From: the human T2T-CHM13v2.0 reference genome, Homo sapiens
DNA length: 64,000 nt
Direction: 5' to 3' (one strand)
Assembly (NCBI RefSeq): GCF_009914755.1
Contig: NC_060940.1
Under the pieces are notes generated by a model. That model had not been told where the DNA came from. It did no database searches and saw only the letters and a list, made by a program, of their open reading frames with translations. The number at the start of each line of letters is the position of its first letter. Position 1 is the stretch's first letter. This document shows, piece after piece, positions 14,301 to 30,942 of the stretch. The position numbers and the translations under genes are program-made.

Positions 14301-15227
14301 AATCTCTTTACCAGGAAGGCAAAGTTAGCTGCATATTCTGCTGAATTTTGAGTATGCTATGAGACAAAGAGATTCTTTTCTTCATTGATGAGAGTACTAG
14401 TCCTTCAGTTCTCAGTGTGTTCATTTAGGGGGTGTTAATTTCTGGGATCGGGGGCATGGCAGTTTATTCAGGGGACACACAGAACATGGCATGTATTGCT
14501 GGGATGCATCTTTGTGCAAAGCTGCAAGGAAATCAAATACTCCAAATGGTTGAAAAGTCAGACAACAGCTTCCATGTGTCCGCAGCAGGCACTGCCCATG
14601 AATGGAGTAGTTAGACTAAAGAAATGTCAGTTTCTCCTATATGCACATATCTGAGTGCATATTTTCAGCCTAAAATAGTCCAGTGAAGAACAAGAAGCCT
14701 TCTTGTGGGGAGGAAGGGTATGGATGTGAGTGTTGTGGTGGAGAGGGCAAAATGCATTTTTACATTTTTCTGGTCCTGTGCGATGGAGTTGCCAGTCACC
14801 CTTGGGTCTATTAAGCAGGAAAATACCTAATATCCCCGTTACTTGTGCTTTCGTAGCCACAGACATATCTGTGGGTGTTGAGGAGGACATTAAGATGAGA
14901 GAAACAGTTAAGACTGATTTGTAACTATAAGAATAAATTCATCTGCATGACTTCTAGAACATTAGAGCAGCTATTCAGATTAGCCCAGGGCCCAGGTTCA
15001 GAAGTTAGATCATTAGGTTAGAGGAAAAGAAAATGTTATAATGTAAGTTAATATTTACTGGATACTTTCTATGGGCCAGCACTGTTCTAAGCACTGTACA
15101 TAAGTTTAATGTATTTAATGCTCATGGCGATTTTCCAAATGAGGATACCAAAATGCAAAAAGTTGGTATTACTGCTCTGAGATTTCAGCTGGTCAGGAGG
15201 AGGCCAGATTTTGAAATTAGGCTTTGA

Positions 15228-15860
<633 letters not shown>

Positions 15861-16793
15861 TGTTTATTTATTTTTTTTTTTAATATTAAAGGTCATGATT
15901 CCAATCGACTGTCTCCTATGATCATGCTACTGCTCTGTGTGCAAACCAGTGAAATAAAAGAAGAGAGGTAACATAATCATTCTGTATGATTCCAGCTGCC
16001 ACCACCACCACCATATTCACAAGTGTTACATGACAAATCTGAGTATCTGTGTTTCATGCTGCCACTATCCGGATTATCCGGAAAATCCACATGCTTTCCT
16101 CTTTTCAGCTGTACGTTTGTATGTAGGTAGACAGAGCTCATAATATTCAGAAATGTGGGGACATGTAGCTGTAATTTTAACACTGCAGAGCAATTCCTTT
16201 GAAATATTTGAAGACCTGCAAACACTGAAAGTCTGGCTGGCTTAAATCTGAAGTTTCAGGCACCTGCATCTATGGAATGGACCTATGCAAAGCGATAGAT
16301 GCAGAGTGCATTCATTTCCATATCCAGGTATAATTATTACTGTCACGCATCTACAGATCCATGACTAAGAATTTATGGGGCATTTAAAATTTCCCCAGCT
16401 ATAAAAATAGTCTGAATTTATCTTGCAATTCTGAGTGTGCCTCAAAGCTGAAATGAAGACCCCCTTGTCATTGATTTGCTTTGTATTTTTAGTAGGCTGG
16501 CTCTGTATCTGCTTAAGATAGAAAGCCAGACTTATTAGTCATTTCTCTATATAAGGTTGTGTGTTAATGACATGTTTTATAATATTCTCATAGTGTAATT
16601 ATTTGATTTTCTGAAGCTTATGCAGAATTAACAACCCAGCCTCCCGTTGTCTCTCAGAATGAGGCATGAAAAGTTCACATATTTTGTAAATTAAAATCAA
16701 TATTTTCAATCTCTCCTAAAGGTAATTTTCTTAGTTTAGTAGACTTGTCCCTAACATTTATTTTCTCTTTTAATTATAAAATGGCAAGTTATT

Positions 16794-17084
<291 letters not shown>

Positions 17085-17529
17085 GGCAAGTTATTGATTT
17101 TTGTATGTAATGTTTTGACTCCCCGAGTATGTTTTTATTGCAAACTTGGGTGGGGTGGGGGCGAGGCAGGAAGAGCCATTGCACTTAATGAGGACCTTTA
17201 ATTACTATTTGCATTGATAAATTATGACATTCCTTCTCCCTCACACGTGCCTTCCAGAGGAAGCATTGAGAACGTTCTAATGTATTTTGGATGGTTTTTC
17301 TTTTCTGAATTCTCATCAAGTCATACTTATAAAAATCTTTCTAAATGCTTATTCCGTGCCAGTCTTCAGAGCAGATACACATACATCAGCACATCCCATG
17401 ACATATATTAATATAAACCTTCTCCCAGGAGAGATGGATAGTTTTCTATAAAGCAAAAACAGCATTGATAATTTCTTCTAAAATCTAATCATCTCCAGAG
17501 TCCTTGAGGCTTATTCAAGACAAATGATT

Positions 17530-17914
<385 letters not shown>

Positions 17915-20541
17915 TTAGAGTTTAAGTAAAATCAAGGCAGTAAGGAGAAGTAGACTCAGAATATCTCTACCCAGTAGCAGGCCTCATGTTATCTAGTGTA
18001 GTTAAAAATAGTGTTTCCAAGAATGTGGAGGAATAGGCCTCAGAGGGGATTCTTACACTTTCTCTGTCATTGTGAGAATTTCCCTTGTCTTCTAATAAAA
18101 AAATATATATATATATTTTTAAAAGCAGTATCTTCTAGAGATAATCACGATATCCAGCCAATGAAACTGTTGATTTACGGCACCTTTAATCTTCATGAAT
18201 AAGTAAAGCAAAATCAAAATAAATAACAGAAGGTTACACAAAGTTGTCAGCACGGGGCTGTCAAATGGTAAATTTATCTGTTTCTCAATTGCCAGTAAAA
18301 TACACACTGCAAAGCTCACCCACGTTGTATATCATATCTGCCAACTCATTTCTGTGATTAAATATTCCATCAGCGGGACTATAAGGCAGCAAAGCTTAAC
18401 AAGATTCATAAGATGCACCACTTGAACACACATAACTCACTTCCGTGGATGGAGAGCACCCCGCCTGCAAAGGGAAATTGGAATTGAGTTAAATTACTCC
18501 ATGAGACGTGATCAATAGGGAAAGGCAAAGATCTTCTAACGGAAATGCAGATCTAAGATATAGTTAGGTCCCAGAGATGAGATACATACAATTAAAGTAA
18601 AAATAAGGAGATGCAGAGTAGATCAACTTGAAAACCTTGAAGAAAACAAAAACCACCCCTAGGGATATTTATTATTAGTGGAATTTGGGGGGAATAAAGA
18701 GATTCTGAATGGATACTCCTGAAAAGAACAATTTGTGGTTTTGAGAGGGAAAAGAAAATGACAGGAACTAAAAATGCGCCATGCCTGACTGCAAAGTCAC
18801 ATTTGAAAGGTGGTCAGGTCTTGAAACAAGCTCACCCTAGGGTTACAGGGGCGATCAGATAATATGAGCATCAGAGAACATCACAGACTGTAAAATAGAA
18901 ATAGAAGAGATTCATGTGATCACCAAAGTCACCTCGACTGATTATATCCATTTCAGAAAGAACCTGGCCACGGATCACATGACTTGATGCTGGGCTAGGT
19001 GATGGGAAAGTGGATTTGGATCTCAGTATGAAGTTTAAAAATGAAGAGGGTGGTTATAACACTCTTTGATTGCTTATCTCAAAAGGGCAACTGTATTTGA
19101 CCTCGGATTTACCCATACCAAAGGTATTGGTTTTCTGTGGGCTAGAGTGAACCATGATTCATCTCAGAATTGGGTCAAAAGAAGGTCTATGAAGGCTCCC
19201 TCACATTTTTTCCTCCCACTTCCACCACCAAGAGTCTATTACCGTTAAGAGAATGACTTTTAGTCATACTTTTAGCTGTACCTCTTTTCAATTCCCTTCC
19301 TACAATTTGGATACAATAGCATCTGAGAAAAGTTAAGATTGTCTAGAACCCACCTTTGATCACTGTGGTCCCTGACACAAGTTTGCTCTATTTTATTCAG
19401 ATTGGCATTGGGCTCAGGGTGATTTGGCTATAAAAAGTCCTAGGTATAAAGCATGCCCTGTTTGGGATGAAAGAGCACAGTGTGGGTTTACAAGGTAACT
19501 GTTACCATCCAAGCCCTTCAAAGCAGCAAATATTCAGGTGCCCCTCTTGGCTCCAACACTTTCTCATACCCACCAGGAGGACTAGACTCGAATCAATGGC
19601 CATAGGGAGCAGTTCCTCATGAACCATTGACCTTTGGCTCTGGGATGTTTTGCATAGTTTACGCATCTGCCAAATTCAAATGCAGTGCACTTCAGTGAAC
19701 TGGAACAGGAGAGTCCAGATTTAAGTCCCCGAGCAAAGGATTTTCAGCCTGGAAATGTTCCACTTCAAAGAGTTTATCTTGCACATCTGTTTACCTTTGC
19801 CTCCCCTTTTAGTTGTAATTCACTTCGCTTCTCTCCTCTCCTCCCCTCTTCTGTCTTATCAGATTTTATTCCAGCCCTGCCCATATTTGGCCTTAATTTT
19901 TATCTGCGTCCTTCTAGATCCCACAGAGGGAATGCAACTCATCTTTGATGAAGCCTGTGGGGTTTTTTGATCTTCAGATAAGATCAGTACTTGCTTATGT
20001 GCTAAAAACTGCATTTTTGAAGTAAATTGGTTCTTTTTCTTGTGTGTGGGAAGTCTGTCAAGAACTGCTCCCCCCAAAAGCAGGGGGTGTCAAGATAGTC
20101 CTTGTACAAGAAGCTTCACATCCAGGCTATGGGAAGCGAATGAGGTTTGGATATCCGACTCTGGAAAAATTTCACAGGGGAAGTTTTAAGTTACCATTGT
20201 CCACATAGTGAGAAACTCAAACCATCAACAACAGCAAGCCACTTGCAGGTACTTGCTCTGTGCTGAACACCTTGTTTCTCCTCAAATCCTTATGAAAATG
20301 CTATCCCATTATTTTCATGATCAAATTATGAAGTCAAGGTTTCTGGGAAAGCTTACCTCATTCGCCAAATCACAGAACTACCATGTGAAAAATTCTGGTT
20401 ATTATATAAAGGTCTTTTTTCCTAAGTTTCAACCCCATGTTTTTTCACTGCTTTGCTACGCAGCATCCTCAGGAGGTGTAGATGAGGGCATGTCCTCAGT
20501 GTCTTCTATTCATGAGGTCACAGAATATAATAATGAATGAA

Positions 20542-20938
<397 letters not shown>

Positions 20939-21122
20939 TCAGGAGAAGTATTGTTACCTTCGATTTGCAGGTAAATTAGATCCAGTGAAGTTATGATGCC
21001 AGTGGGTGCTGACTCTGAAAGTTAAGGAGTAGGGCCAAAGCTGTTATCTTTGTGACTCCAAAGCTCATTTTCTACCTACAAGCTGCCTCCCACCAATGCT
21101 TTAGTTAACCCAAGTCCTAGAT

Positions 21123-21366
21123 TAGTGATTCTTAATATGGAGTGACCTTTCTCTTAGGGGAATTTGGCAATTTCTGGAAACATTTGTTTCATTGTTACAT
21201 CTTGGGTGGTGGTGGGGGCGGGGATTGGGGAGTGTTGTTCACTGCTGACATCTAGTGGGTGGAGGCCAAGGACGCTTCAAAACACCCTGCAATGCACAAG
21301 ACATTCCTTGACCACAAATCGTTATCTGGCCCAAAATGTCAATAGTGCTGGGTTTGAGAAATTCTG
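21123..21366 (+). mobile_element. MER20 (hAT-Charlie)
   Basis: TTTGGCAATTTCTGGAAACATTT...TTATCTGGCCCAAAATGTCAATAGTGCTG...TTGAGAAA. Confidence 0.8.
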
Positions 21367-21588
21367 TCCTCATTGACGCTATTCGAGATGCCACATATTC
21401 ACGGAATACCTTAACAACTCTCATGCCCCACTGGTTGCTACCACTAATAATGTATGAACAGCTGCAGTCATCAATGGCAGTCAAAGAATTTGAAGACTTT
21501 CATGTAAATGTTTCATCTTTGGAGCATTGTATTGTGATTATTTACTCCAGAAGGGAAAAGCATAAACTTTGATTTGATACCACACAGC

Positions 21589-22472
<884 letters not shown>

Positions 22473-22650
22473 CAACCATTAAAAAAAAAAAAAAGTAAAC
22501 TTGCAATTTATAGTGACATCTGTAATGATGGTAGTAGTGAGGATGATGATGGCATAAGAAACATGATACCACTGGGTAGCTTGACTGTAAGAAAACCAAG
22601 CCAAATTTAGTTATGAAAGAGAAAAGAATGTACAGCTTGTTAGCTTAAAG

Positions 22651-22942
22651 CAGGGGTCTTCAAACAACTTATCAGTGTAGGCACAGCTAGTGTTTTTGAC
22701 TTTGTAATCCCTATGATCCCTGTTTCAACTACTGAGTTCTGCCATTGCCGTGTAAAAGTAGCCATAGACAATGTGTAAATAAATGGGCATGATTGTTTTC
22801 CAGTAAAACTAAGGACGTGGAAATTTAGATTTTATACAATTTTCATGTGTCACAAAATAGTTGTTTTTTTTCAAACATCCAAAAACGTGAAAGCCATTCT
22901 TAGTTTATGGCCCGTACAAAAACATTGTCCCTACTTTGCTGA
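22651..22942 (+). mobile_element. MER58B-like DNA transposon
   Basis: CAGGGGTC...AAAGTAGCCATAGACAATGTGTAAATAAATGGGCATG...CAGTAAAACT. Confidence 0.75.
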
Positions 22943-25900
22943 GCTTGGCTTGAAGAGCTCAGCGGTAATAAAGCCACCAGTTTAAGCCCTTGAGAGTGTT
23001 TCTTTTGGTTTTTTAAATTGCACAGCTTTAGCGGTTATATACTACATGAACCCATGACCTTAGCTGGATGGCACTCAGTTGTTTGATGTTCATCAGGGAA
23101 GGGCCAAAGAGACAGACCGTGTATTAACACTTAATCCTTGTTTCCATGAATTCACCTTTTATTGCAGAATTATAGTATCGGGCGCTAGACACTGTGCTAG
23201 GTGCCGAGGTACCAAAACAGACCCAGGCTTTCCCTCTAGAAGTCAACAGGGTAGTAGAAGGATGCAAAACAAACTGTCAATGCGGGTATAGTACACAGTG
23301 ATACCTGCTAGAGCCAAAAGAATAACAAGGCTCTCTGCATGAGGAGTCAAGGGGGTGGTGTAAATTGAGTCTTAAAGGGTAAGAGTTCACCTGGTAAGAA
23401 AGTGGGTAAAGATCATTGCAGGAGGGAATATGGAGGTGGTTGGTAGGGTCCCCAGCTGTTTCTCAACCTTTATCTTTAGAATCCATTGAGAAAACTTAAA
23501 AAAAAAATACACATGCTTGATCTTCACCTGATACCTACTGATGGGAATTTCTGAGCCAAGTTGACGTTTTTTCCAAAGGCTAAGGTATATTGATCTGTTG
23601 AGATTAGAGAGTACCTTCTAGAGAAAGGTTGCATAAGACCTTAAAATTTTACATAATGAAATCTGAATTTTGGAATTTATCCTTTCAGTGGTAGGCAGCC
23701 ATTGAAAGCTCTATTAAAAATAACAATTATAATTAAAAATAAATAAGGAAGACACCTGTTGGTGAGTTAGTACTTGTATCTATATTCACACTGAGTAACA
23801 GTCTTATAATTAAGACTTGTATTATTACTAATATGTGCGTGAAGCCCTGTGGTGCTGGGAGACTTAGGAGCAGATTATCAACTGTTCAGCAACCCTGCAG
23901 ATTGGGTTCTTAATTACTAATCTAGTGCCTAGGACAAAGGCTATTGTGAAACTTATTTCGTGGTTTTCTCTAAATCTTTTAAGAAAGTAAATTACCAGCG
24001 ATTTCAAACGCAAGGTGACATGTTTTTTTTTAATGTTTTAACTTGTTATCATTAGATTATAAACTCTTTAGTTTGAAAGACTTTTTGCTTCCCACTTTCA
24101 TTGTTCTTTTCAAAATTTATTGTTCTTATTTCCCCAACAAATTAAGTTGGTGTATAAATAGAAATAAATTCACCCAATAGTGTTTAATACCCTTTCTGTT
24201 AATTACATGTAGATACTCATTCTCTACATATAAAACAGAGCTGTCCTGTTGTCTTTTGAAAATGTAGTTTTGAAGAACCAACTGACAAATGGCAAAACCC
24301 TACTTTGAGTAACTTCATCAGTGACAGTTAATGCATTTCTAGAACTTCCATGGAATTGTTATAACACATTACAGTCGACATATTGGTTTATGAAAAATTA
24401 ATAAAGCCAGTGGAAAATGGAATTCCGCATCTGCATTAGCTATTTACACCAAAAGAATCAGCCAGAATTAATTATGCCGTATGCTACGTTCTAATGAGTT
24501 TTTCATTAAACTGTATACCATTATGGAAACTAAACAAGGATTATTCAAAGAATAATGCCAACGGCTGTTATTTTGTTGAGAGATTAAATTAGTTAATGGG
24601 TTATACATTTAAATCTGATGCAAAGGTTAATCGATGCACACTTATTGTATTAAACCCAGTATCATTTTAAAACACAAACACCCCAATATCACTGATATTT
24701 CCTCTGGAGAAAAAAAAAACTATTTGTATGATTCTAGTGTTTGTTTGATGTGCATGTGATATTGTAAAGATTGAAATCCACCCTATTCTCTTTCATTTTT
24801 GAAAATGATTTTCACTAGCTGAAATATTATGTTTGTTTTTAGCCATAGCAGGGGAAGGGGCAGTGTGTGCGAGTATGTGTGTGTATGTTGTGGCAGGCAT
24901 AGACAACTTCATCCAATCACTCTTTGAGAGATTGAAAGGTGACGTGTATTTTCTACTCTCACCAAAAAAGTCAGGTTAAAATTTTAAGCCTAATCTGAGA
25001 AGGCTTAGGAAGGCAATTCAAGATGAAGGATCTCATCCTCATTCCACAAATAGAGTCCCTCCTAAATAGTTCTGTAATAGTACTTGAAATATGAAAGAAG
25101 TGACAATAGAGAAGCCTGTCTAGACAGCTTTTTAGGCTCTTACAGCATCTTAGAGGCTCTTATTCCCAAGAAGATAAGAAGAGAGTATAGAAGGCCTTCT
25201 AGGTTCTTTGCACAGACTTGTAAATTCCACTGTTTTCAGTTGAATGACAGTTTCTAATTTTTTTTTTCCTAATCAGAGATTGCAAACTAAAATGTTTTTA
25301 GGAACAAGCTATGACATAAATAAGTGAAATGTGCCAAATTGGAGGAGCTGTGTCTCAATTATAGCAAGTAGTGGCTTCTCACCTTTGCCTACAGTGGCTC
25401 TGCCGGACAGGAATCCTAGCCCAGACACCTATGGTCTGTCCCCTGACTTCCCACTAGAAGCTAGACATATCTTATCACATTAAAACTCCTAAGTTTAAGT
25501 GCTTGCAATTCATTTAATACTAAAATATTTGCCATTAACTATTATGTTTAGCATTATGTTTAGTGGCCAAACACAATAGTTCAATAGCTATAAATTTGCT
25601 ATTTCCTTTCTGAAAACCAAAGTAAGTCCTCAGAGCATCATTGTTTTAGATACCCAATAATAATTGCTATTTCCATGATTATGATTGATTCACTTACTGA
25701 TTACTATTTGCCAAACACTTTCATGCCATAGTTGTAATCCTCACAGCAATATTCGATCAAGTACACATTTTTATCTCTATTTGACAGATGTAACCACTGA
25801 GGCTCAGAGAAGTACAGAGTTTTACCCAAAGTCAACTCAACTTCCAGTCAGCAAGATCAGGAAACAAAACAAAGTTAAAAGTTTCAAAGCCTACACTTTT

Positions 25901-26469
25901 TCAGTGACACTATAGAAATCTCAGACGTTCATTATTTCTCCTCTGCATTTGCCTCCTCTATGTCTTATTTCAATCTTGCAAGTAGGATTTTTCTTATCTG
26001 TAGAAGATACATTCTGCCCAAAGGCTTCCTTGGTTGGATTTAAAACCCTATCACAGATTCTTAAACATGATCAGGAGGTTCTAGCTAACATCTTTAGCCA
26101 GGAAGAGTCAGGTGTTTCCTGCCAGATGGCAGCTTCGGAATTCTTAGATGTGGCTTTGTTGTAATGGGGGTAATGGATATTGATCATTCTCATGCTGAAG
26201 GATATGTTTTTATCAACTCAGGACCAAGTATCACCATTGATAAACAGGTGTAGCTTTGAGAGAGAGTGTCTGAGCTTTGGAGTCACACAAAACTGACTTA
26301 TAGTTCAGTTTTATTATACTTTTTCTCTGAGCTTTCATTTCCTCTTGGGTTTGATAAGAAAAAGACGTGCATGTGGAGTACATCTTGTATAGCACCTGAA
26401 ACCTAGGGCCACCTTAATGGGCACTGTCAATATTAGCTGTACATGAGGTTCCTATGTAATCCCTAGCAA

Positions 26470-26615
26470 TTTACTGTTGTCAGCACCATCTGCATCCCCT
26501 GGAAGCCTATGAGAAATGCAGAGTCTCAGGCCCCACCCCAGACCCCCTAGATAAGAATCTGCATTTAGAAGAGTCCCAGGGGATTCAGAGCATAGTAGAG
26601 TTTGAGAAGCAAGGC
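26470..26615 (+). mobile_element. MER5A-like
   Basis: AGAAATGCAGAGTCTCAGGCCCCACCCCAGAC...GAATCTGCATTT...AGTTTGAGAAGC. Confidence 0.75.
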
Positions 26616-26746
26616 CCTAGTAGTCTTATCATCTATATATTGACACCTATAACTTTGAAGGACAAACATCTTGCAAGATAGAACTTATTTTCATTGTTTT
26701 TGTTGTGGCTGAATTGATAGACCTCCACAAATACTCTATGGAATAA

Positions 26747-27068
<322 letters not shown>

Positions 27069-27292
27069 TGAAAAACAATCCAAAAGAAATTTTGAGCAAA
27101 TATTTTTAAAAGCCTGTGTTTGAAAAAAGTTTGTTTTGAACAAAAATGAAATAAAATTAATTTTTTGGCAAGTATTGATCAAATGATAGCCTCTGAAATA
27201 CTTAGTGCCAGCTCCCTTGGGAAGGGCTAATGGTGTACTGAGAGACAGTTACTGTTAGTATTTTTGCAAGCAGTAAAGGGATCTTAGAACAC

Positions 27293-27630
27293 TGATCAGC
27301 AAACTTTGTCTGTAAAGGGCCAGACAGTAAACACTTTAGCCTCTGCAGGCCATAAGGTCTCTGTGCAATTACTCAGCCCTGTCATTTTAGCAGAAAAGCA
27401 GCCATACACAAAAATGAATAGATGTAGCTGTCTTCCAATGAAACTTTACTTATTAGATACTGAAACTTGAGTTTCATGCAATTTTCACTAGTCAAATGTT
27501 ACTGTGATTTTTGTCAACCATTTAAAATCGTAAAAAGCATTCCTAGCTCACAGACCATACAAAAATAGGTGGGGGCTCGGGGGAGGGGAGCAGTTGGATT
27601 TGGCCAAAAGTCTGTAGTTGGTCAGCACTT
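27293..27630 (+). mobile_element. MER58B-like DNA transposon
   Basis: TCAGCAAACTTTGTCTGTAAAGGGCCAGACAGTAAA...AAAGCAGCCATA. Confidence 0.75.
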
Positions 27631-27649
27631 GATTTAGAAGATGATTGTT

Positions 27650-27880
27650 AGAACCATGGGTCCAGGAATCTGGTTGGTATGACTTGCAGTTTCAGCATCA
27701 CGAGATCTGTGTCACCTCAGGCAAGGAAAAAGAGTTCTCTATGCTTCAATATCCTCATCTATTAAATGGGTATAAAAATAGTGTCTGTCCTACAGGGTCA
27801 TTAAGAGTAAATGATGATCTAAGTTAAAGTTGAGCAGGATACCCAGTGATTCTCAGGTATTCAGTAAAACACTTTGGGAA
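27650..27880 (+). mobile_element. MIR
   Basis: TCCTCATCTATTAAATGGGTATAAAAATAGTGTCTGTCCTACAGGGT. Confidence 0.6.
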
Positions 27881-28626
27881 CTCTTATTGTTAGGTTTATC
27901 ATATTAAGTTAAATATTTCCTGTCAATGCCACTATTAGCCTACATTTTGGCTGCAGGAGATTAAGTGAACAGTTGGAGTGAGTCATTAAAATTTTCAAAC
28001 AATAAATAGTCAAGGAACAAATTCTTCTTTGTATTATTCTTGTGACTTTTCCAAAAAGTCTCAAGTTATGTCAAAATAAAAAGCAAAAAGAAAACAAACA
28101 AGAAGTGGTGTATTTTTTTTTTGAATATTATGAAAACCAAAGCTTATGAAAATAAATTGGAGTGAGGGATTATTTACACTATAGACAGATGCGCTTCAGG
28201 GCCCCTTTAAATATGGAAATCCCTTGGTACAATTAAAACATGATTTGATTTATAAGAAGTAAACATACAGAGCAACATTTTTTCTGCAACATCTGTGCCC
28301 AAATGGAAATATCCCTATACTTAAAACTCTACCATAACCCTTCAGAGAAGCTCATCTTTCAGGCTGGTGTAAAAGCATTAGGGATTAACTGTGAAAATAT
28401 TCTTACATGGATTAGCTCAATGCTAGTCTTGCGTTCAAAAATGCATGACTGTAAAAGTATCCACCGTCCATTCGGGCTTTGGGTAAATTTTGGAAAAATC
28501 TGTCAATTGAAAGCAGTCACCTCCATTGCTAGGTACCTTATGGCAACCTCTTTGGCTTCTAAGTCCAAGAGAAGTTTGAGGCTTATGGGTCACTTTGTAG
28601 GGGACTCTCATTATAAGGTAGGAAGG

Positions 28627-29470
28627 TGTAGTAGTTGGCTAGTGCTGCCATAGCAAAGTATCACAGACTGGATGGCTTAACAAGCAGTTCCCAACCATTT
28701 TGGCACCCGGGTTGGGTTTTGTGGAAGGCAGTTTTTCCACGGGCCGGGTAGCAGGGATGGTTTCAGGATGATTCCAGTGCATTTCTTGTGTACCTTATTT
28801 CTATTATTATTACATTGTAATATATAATGAATTAATTATACAACTTGCCATAATGTAGAATCAGTGGGAGCCCTGGGCTTCTTTTCTTGTAACTAGACAG
28901 TCCTGTCTGGGAGCGATGGGAGGCAGTGACGGATCAGGCATTAGATTCTCATAAGGAACACACAACCAAGATCCCTAGCTCAGTTCACAATAAGATTCAC
29001 ACTTTTATGAAAATCCAATGCTTCCACTTATCTGACAGGAGGTGGAGCTCAGGTGGTAACATGAAGTAACATGAACAATGAGGAGCGGCTGTCAATACAC
29101 ATGAAGCTTTGCTCGCTCACCTGCAGCTCACCTCCTGCTGTGTGGCCCAGTAGGGTCCGTGGCCCAGGGGTTGGGGAACCCTGGCTTAAACAACAGAAAT
29201 TTATTTTCTCATAATTCTGGATGCTGGAAGTCTGAGATCATGGTGTTGGCAGGGTTGGTTTCTTCTGAGGCCTCTCTCCTTGGCTTGCAGATGACCATCT
29301 TTTCTCTCTCTTCACCTGGGTTTCCCTGTGTGTCCTCATCTCCTCTTCTTGTAAGATCTGTCAGATTAAGGCCCACCCATATGACCTCATTTTAACTTAA
29401 TTACAGCTTTAAAGATCTCTCTGCAAGTAAAGTCACATTCTGAAGTACTCAGAGTTACAGCATTTAAAAA
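28627..29470 (-). mobile_element. MLT1 (ERVL-MaLR) LTR split by a MER1A insertion
   Basis: GCTGCCATAGCAAAGTATCACAGACTGGATGGCTTAA | resumes GCTTAAACAACAGAAATTTATTTTCTCA...CTGGAAGTCTGAGATCA. Confidence 0.8.
28682..29183 (+). mobile_element. MER1A (hAT-Charlie) nested in MLT1
   Basis: TIR-like ends (..CCCAACC / GGTTGGGGAACCCTG); internal TATTATTACATTGTAATATATAATGAA...TAGAATCAGTGGGAGCCCTG; imperfect GCTTAA(A)C TSD. Confidence 0.82.
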
Positions 29471-30318
29471 TGATTCTACAACAGTGGACTGAAGGAAGGA
29501 CTCGATGAAATGAGTGACAGTGTAGGAACCCAAATAGCTTGTTTTTCATCTAAAATTTACCTCTGGTTGGTAAGGTTTTTGGTAAAGGACTTAGTTGTTC
29601 TGTGCCACCTTTGTAATGCCAGTAAAGGAGGACTAATGGCATCAGACGCCTACTATGGAGGGACAAATGCAAAGTAAATATTCTTTGGCAAATATTGAAA
29701 AAAGCTTTTTCTTTATGTAGAATCAAAACATTTCTAGCATTGATTCCTATTACTACTAAACTTTCAGTTATGATAGAATTATATAGCAGAAATAGAGAAT
29801 TTTGGCCAAAGCCATAATAGTTATATCTAATAAAAATTGTTCTCGAATAATTATACTTATCTTAGTGAGCAGTGTGACTAATTATGTAGGCTAAGGTTTG
29901 GTTTGATATTCAGAATCATTCTTTTGTTCCTTTTCATGTATACATTTGTTACTGAACCTATGAGCACTAAACGTGATAACATGTCATCCTCTGGAAAAGC
30001 ACATGGAGTTCAACAGATGTACCCCAAAGCCCAGCACAGTGCCTGGCACATAGACGAGTAGATGCCAATAAGTACCAGCCAAATGAATGATAATACTCAC
30101 TACATCATAGTTGCCTGGCTGAGCACTAGAGGCAGAGGGACTAATAAGCACTTGTGCTACTCAGACATTGCCCTGCAGGGTTCTAGGGTTCTCCTCTTAG
30201 CCTTCTTCCCTGAGTAAGCTCCTTTCCTCGGCTGAGTGACATTAGGAAAGCCAGACATCAGTGGAGAGTTCTATTTTTGTGTGACTCTGCACCACCACAC
30301 AGTAGAGGTTTGTTGAGG

Positions 30319-30942
30319 TGATACGGTTCTGATGACTGGAGAAATGCCAAGGTTGTTGGTTTTGCGCCGATTGGATTAACAATGTGAACACACGTGGAGT
30401 GGTTTTAAGGAGCGAAAAGTGTAATAGGCAAGAAAGGAGGAAGAAAGAAAAGAACAGCTTCCCCATACAGAGACCGGAGAGTGGGGCCTGGAACAGAGAA
30501 ACCTTGTGTGTGGCAGATAAGTGGTAGATTATAGGGGAGGCTTGAGGAGGCGGTGTCTGATTTGCATACAGCCCAGGGGATTGCTTTGGCCAGGTGTGTC
30601 ATTTATGCAGCCTGCAAAAAACCTGGCTCTCCCACCTTAGTCCTTTAATGTGTAAATGCGGGTCGCCATGATGTTCTGAACACATGGTGTTATCTGGAGG
30701 TGGCCATTAAACTGGGCACAGGTGGTGACAAGGAGAAGACAGCAGGAATCGCCACATTGAGTGAACCCTGTTCCTAATGGCGGGTATTTGCATATCAAAG
30801 CTTGCCCACCCAGCCCTTCGAGCAGTCTTTTCTGTTATAAAAGAGATGGTTTGGGGGTGGTTTCTTATTACAGGAAAATTTCCACCTAGAACCTTTACCC
30901 TTACTATCTGCCTAAAATAATTTCTTAATAACTCCTGTATTA
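30319..30942 (-). mobile_element. Solo ERV1 (MER4-group) LTR, 624 bp, 4-bp TSD GAGG
   Basis: TGATAC...GTATTA termini; GAGG at 30315-30318 and 30943-30946; exact subfamily not certain. Confidence 0.78.

Noticed and set aside
20950-20976. Recursive splice motif TTTGCAG|GTAAAT
   Set aside because: Short pyrimidine tract and apparently inside a decayed MIR-like fragment; no other support.
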